Source: the human T2T-CHM13v2.0 reference genome, Homo sapiens. Taken from it: DNA of 64,000 bases. Of this stretch, positions 58,677 through 64,000 are shown in pieces. Within the stretch, counting starts at the first letter, position 1. Every line of letters starts with the position of its first letter. The notes below the pieces were generated by a model. That model did not search any database and was not told the origin of the DNA. It saw nothing but the letters and a program-made list of their open reading frames with translations. The DNA lies in NCBI RefSeq assembly GCF_009914755.1, contig NC_060935.1; one strand, written 5' to 3'. A program made the translations under genes and the position numbers.

Positions 58677-58738
58677 CCTAACACTTGAACACATTGTTTT
58701 TTTCCTCCCTAACACTTGAACACATTGTTTTTTTCCTC
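58677..58738. repeat. Perfect 31-bp tandem duplication
   Basis: CCTAACACTTGAACACATTGTTTTTTTCCTC x2. Confidence 0.97.
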
Positions 58739-59926
58739 CAAACCTGTCTTCCCTCCTTCCAGGGTTCAGTACTACCAGCCTCCCAGTCACCAAAGCCAGG
58801 AGCCTGGGATGCTCTTGACTCTCCTGAGTCCCATCTCTCATCAGGCCCTGTCCATTTTTTCTCTTAAAGACCCCTTGGATCTGTCCACTGCTTTCTTTCC
58901 CCACGCCTCAGTTCTGCCATTGCCAGTCTCTCCTTGTCTCCCTGCTTATTTAAAAATAAAATGGCCCTGTTCCTTCTAAGAACATAACCCTCCCCTGACC
59001 CAAGAGGCTCTGCATTGCTTCCAGGCAAGACTGATCCTTAACCTCCCTGGGCCTTAACCTCTCCAGACCCCTCTACTGAGCCCTGCTCCTTGCCTCATGG
59101 GATCCAGCCACACTGACCTTGCAGTTCTCCACATTCACCAATTTCACAGGCTGGAACAGAGCGGGTGGGGAATCAGACCACCCCATTAGAGCACTTCCTC
59201 GTGTTTCCGTCTCCACCTGCCTGTCTGCTTTGTGGTCCCCTCAACCCTGGAAAACTGCACTAAAAGCTGTTTGGATTGAGAACATTAAAAAAAGAGAAAA
59301 AAGTCTTCACATTTGGAGGAGGGAGAATCATCTCCAAGAGAGACTTTGGGCTCCATTTTACTCTCAGGTTGTGGCAGTTTCCTGGAGAACTTCCATTCTG
59401 TCTCTGCTCTTTGGGGTTAATTGTTGGGATCGATGCCGCAGCAATTATGTAATGTTTACTGCAGCCACCACAGAGCCCAGGCTTAAGTGTTGCTAAATGT
59501 CACTTTCACGCTCCCCAGTGTATGGTGTGTAATTATAACTGGTTCACTAACTTCTTTGTGAAGAAGGCAGATGCTTTTAGCCTGAAAAGGAGAATAGAAA
59601 TGCATTTTCTCTAAACATACAAGAGCACTCATTTCCAGAGAGATCCTGGACTGGAGGGACAGGAGCGTGACCCAGGCTGTTCATCATGAATGGTAGGGCC
59701 CGCTGGGAGCATGCTCCTCTCCTAAAATGGACTCACAACTCTTCCTCTCTGTCAGGCTGGCTGGGGCTTCCAGGGAGCTCAAGATCAAATCCGGGGGCAA
59801 AGAGACAGAAGAACTAAAACTCAGAGTGACCACCAATGCAGCTATGAAACAGGTGGCAACAGGTATGAAAAGAAGCTTGATGCAGGAAAGAGAAATGGCT
59901 GGAAGCCTTACAGTTTGGGGATTGTA

Positions 59927-60304
59927 CTTAGCCACGTGCTTGGGATAATCACACTGACTCTGATTTCATTTTTGTCATCTGTCAAGTGGGAATAATAAAT
60001 CCTGCCTGACTTACTTCAGTTAAATTCTGTTCTACAGCTATTTAGTGAGTGCCCTGCTATATTTTAAGCATGGGAGGATGCAGCAGTGCACACCTTAGAC
60101 GTGGCTCCTGCCTTCAGGAGCTTATAGTCTAGAGCAGAAGCTGGCAAACGATGACCTACAAGCCAAATCTGGCCCAGGGCTTGGTTTTGTACAACCTGTC
60201 AGCTAAGATTGGAGTTTACATTTTTAAAGAGTTGGAAAAAAAAAAAAAGAATATGCAATAACAGAGCACGTGCATGGCCTGTAAACCTAAGATATTTATC
60301 TGAT
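59927..60304 (+). repeat. ~380-bp local duplication, copy 1
   Basis: Collinear with 60852-61234 across MIR, L2 and MER58 pieces. Confidence 0.93.
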
Positions 60305-60332
60305 CCTTTACAGAAAAATTTGCTGATACCTT
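60135..60332 (+). mobile_element. MER58-like hAT-Charlie MITE
   Basis: CAGAAGCTGGCAAAC...AATTTGCTGATACC; 8-bp TSD GTCTAGAG/CTCTAGAG. Confidence 0.82.
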
Positions 60333-60340
60333 CTCTAGAG

Positions 60341-60647
60341 CTGTTCAGTACAGAAGCCACTGTCACTGTTAAGCACTTGAAATGTGGCTCATAAATCAAG
60401 ATATGCTGTAAGTGTAAAATGCAAATTGGATTTCAAAGACTGTAGGAAAAGAGAATGAAAAATATCCCAGTTTAAATTTTTCATATTGATGACATGCTAA
60501 AATGATATTATTTTGGATATAGTGAATAAAATAAAATATAGTATTTACATGAATTATATTTGTTTCTTTTTACTTTTTAAAAATGTGGTGTTAGAAAATT
60601 GAAAATCATATTTGTGGCTCACATAATATTTCTATTGGATAGCACTG
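60341..60647 (-). mobile_element. MER33-like hAT-Charlie MITE
   Basis: agcacttgaaatgtggct, gctgtaagtgtaaaat and atatttctattggatagcactg. Confidence 0.82.
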
Positions 60648-60851
60648 ATCTAGTTGGGTGTTATGTTGCATATTAGTGTGTTATCTGGGCAAATGATTGA
60701 ACTCAACCTCAATTTTTCATTTCTAAAATGGAGGGCAGTCATAACTGCTAATCGATAGGGTTGTTTTGAGGCTCAAACGAAAAAATCTGTGGAAAGCACT
60801 CTGTGAGATGCAAATTGTTATACACGTGTAACTGGTTATGCAGCTCTGTTT

Positions 60852-61234
60852 CTTAGCTACGTGCTTTGGGTAAGTCACATTGACTCTCTGATTTCATTTT
60901 TGTCATCTGTCAAGTGGGAATAATAAATCCTGCTTGACCTACTTCAGTTAAATTCCATTTCACAACTATTTAGTGAGTGCCCTGCTATATTTTAGGCTCT
61001 GAAGGATGCAGTGGTGCACACATTACATGTGGATCTTGCCTTCCATGAGCTTATAGTCTAGAGCAGATGTTGGCAAACAATGACCACAGGCACATCTGGC
61101 CCCAGGCTTGTTTTTGTACAACCTGTCAGCTAAGAATGGATTTTACATTTTTAAAGGGTTGTAAAATAAAAGAAGAAAAAAGAATTTGCAACAGGATATA
61201 TATATGGGGTGTAAATCTAAGAGATTTATCTGAT
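60852..61234 (+). repeat. ~380-bp local duplication, copy 2 (MER58 truncated)
   Basis: Collinear with 59927-60304. Confidence 0.93.
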
Positions 61235-64000
61235 ATTTTCTGGGAATGCAGAAGGCTATTTAGGGACCCGTTCCCTGTTATGGAATCTCCGTGTACTTGC
61301 GGCAGGGCTGATGCTGTTTCTGCCATTCATCACTCCTCTCTCCTAGTTCTCACCTGCTCGTCTGTGCCCTCTTTCCTGCAGCTTGGCTCTCAAGCAAGCA
61401 TTTAGAGTTGCTCTTTCCTCCTGGAGTACTTGCATTTGACCTTGGAGACACAAAACTTCAAAATCCTCATGAACACACGTTTGGAGAAAGACCTTGTATT
61501 AGGAACCAGGAAATCTGGGTTAATGGCCATAAAAACCCAAACAGTAACTAGCATTAAGGTCTTGCCACGTGTTTTACATGTATTATTTCATCCAATAAAA
61601 TAGCAATAGTAGGAGGACCTTATGTCTTCATTTCACAAGTGAGGAAATTGAAGCTCCGAGAGGTAAAGGGACTTTCTCAGGAGCTCTCAGCTGATAGGTG
61701 GCTGGGCCTGGGCCTGAACCCACATCTCTGGCTCCAAGTATAATGCTCTCCCCATGGCTTCAGAGGTCATTCAGGGTACTCTGCCTGACCTGGAGTGAGG
61801 ATTGAGGCAGGTGAGCAATGCAGTGCTGTCCGGAGGAGTCAACATGGGGCAGTGGATGCAGCACCGGCCCAGGAGTCTAGTCCCAGGGCCGCCACGTATT
61901 AACTGGGTCAAGTCCCTTCCATTTCAGGGCCTTGACATTGTCATCTGTAGGTAGGTGGCACTGTCATCTCTCAGGTGCTCTTAGTCCTTACATTCCAAGA
62001 ATTATGACGTGAGGCCAACTGCAGGGCCTCCCCATGCCAGCCCAGGGACCAGCTGCCTCAAGATCACGTGAGAAGTGGTCTTAAAATGCAGGTTCCTGGG
62101 CCCCACTCTGAAATGCCTTCTTCAGTGAATGTGGAATAAGCTTCTAGAATCTGTGTTTGTAAAAGCTTCTGTTGAGTTTCCAGGTTTATAAACGACTGAG
62201 TCAGAGGTTGTGGCTCTTAGTAGGACTTTGAAATTAGCACAACGGAAGCAATGGTCTCTAAGTGTCTTTGTCTCATATCTCCCAGCTAATTTAGATGCTA
62301 GTGACAAATTTTGAAGTATAACTGGGATCTGATCACTTCTCACCATCTCTATTGGCTGCCATCACTGTCCAAACTGCTATGATCTCCTGCCCAGACTACT
62401 GCAGAGAGGCGGCATAGCATTGCAGGGCAAAGGCAGACGACCTGGGTTCAAAACCTGCCTCTATCTCTTTCTTAATCTCTCTGTGCCTCTGCACCTCAAC
62501 TGTGAAGTGGAGATACTAAAAGGTGTCTTTTGTTGTTGTAAGCATTATTTGAGTTAATATATGATAATACATGACATAGTAAGCCCTCAATAAATAATGT
62601 AGATAATTATAGAGTGGTATCCTAGCTGATGTCTATTTCTAGCCTTTTGAGTCATTTCCCACCCAGCTACTAGAGACATTTAAAAATGTAAATCAGATGA
62701 TGTCACTGTCTAAATCGCCAACTGTTTCAAATCCCCCATCAGGCTCAGGATGAAATCCAAAGACCTCTCTATAGTCTATGAGCCCTTACTCACCTATCGC
62801 CCACTCTTTCCCTTAAAGACTTTGTTCTAGCCAGATTGGCTTTCTTGCTATTTCACAAACACACCAAGAGCCTCCTGGTCCCTGGATCTGTGCATTAGCT
62901 CTACCTGTTTATGGCCTGACATTATATTATATATTTGTTTAAACTGTCTGTCTCCCCAACTAGATTGGAAATCCCATGAGGGCAGAGAATATACATCTCT
63001 TGTTCACTTTCCTATCCCCAATGCCTAGAACAGTGCCTGGAACATAGCAGGCACCTGGTAGATATTTGCTGGGTGAAGGAATGAATGAGCCCATACCCTG
63101 TTCCTCCCACCTGCCCTTGCCTTCCAGCTTGTGAGCTCTCACTTGCTTCTTTTTTGCTTCGACCTCTCCCAGCTCAGACTGCTCTGTGGTGGGTGGTCTG
63201 AGCTCTGTAGTTTATCAAGGCATAGGGGATTATTTTCCTGGAAATTATAACTGGAAATATACATTGGTGTTGTGCTATGTTGTATACGCTAATAAATGAC
63301 ATGGAGGAGTAAATATTTCTGGAGATTCAAGTTGTCCAGCCAGGTCTTTTCTCTTCCCTGTCAAGAGGGAGGGGGTCATTTAATTACCCCCTTACTTCTC
63401 TCATAGCATCAGGGGCAGAAGGCTGCTGGAGATGTTACAAAGCTTCTATCGCACATCTGATTTTTAATTTGATCAATAAATCTCTCTCTCGAACCTGGCC
63501 ATCTGTATTTAATGTATCCTGGGAGTGGGCTAATTAAGCACTGAATTAGATGGCCTCTTCATAGACAGCTTATGGTCTAGATTTTTCCCTGCGACCCATG
63601 GAATTTCTTCCCATAGGAAATAAATTTGAGCTCAGTTCCTTGAGCCGTGAGAGAGCAGATACCAGTCATTCATTTTCCTGTTTTCCTCCTTTGCTTGTGC
63701 CAACTTCTTAGCCTTCCTCTCCTGTCATTACTTCTCTTAGGCTGTTGCTTAACCCCCTAAAGCTTGCATTAGCAGAATCAAAATCATACTATTAATCCAT
63801 CTCATGGTTGTGGTCAAGATTCAAGGTGCCACTCTGGTAAGTTTTTATCATACAGAGTGCATAGGGTGATATACAAAAGTATTTACTCACTAATGTGTCC
63901 AGTTGGTCAATCTGAGCACTGCTGGCAGGGGGCTAGGGCAGGTTGGTCAGCCTGCAGTTATTGGAGTCTGGGGAGGCCTGAGGGGGCCTAGAGGTAGGGT

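Overview
Primate (human-like) non-coding genomic DNA, either intergenic or deep intronic. I can support no host protein-coding gene. The ORF track is explained by Alu, L1, LTR and DNA-transposon remnants or by chance. Content: 17 Alu copies or fragments; L1s of three ages; many MaLR/ERVL/ERV1 solo LTRs; MER DNA transposons; scattered MIR/L2/CR1 remnants; and several repeat-free, homeobox-motif-rich blocks that look like developmental enhancers. Most notable structures: (1) a U6 snRNA/L1 chimeric retropseudogene with flanking TSD (17684-19094); (2) a near full-length fossil hAT/Charlie transposon with both TIRs, an 8-bp TSD, readable transposase motifs and an Alu in its right TIR (40739-44542); (3) a ~102-bp locally templated insertion into an MLT1 LTR, copied from 1.35 kb upstream; (4) a rearranged old L1 patched by a tail-less L1 5'UTR/ORF1 fragment; (5) several local duplications of different ages. 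These belong to known event classes. I did not find a clearly new biological system. Repeat subfamily names are recalled from consensus sequences and were not checked by a search.
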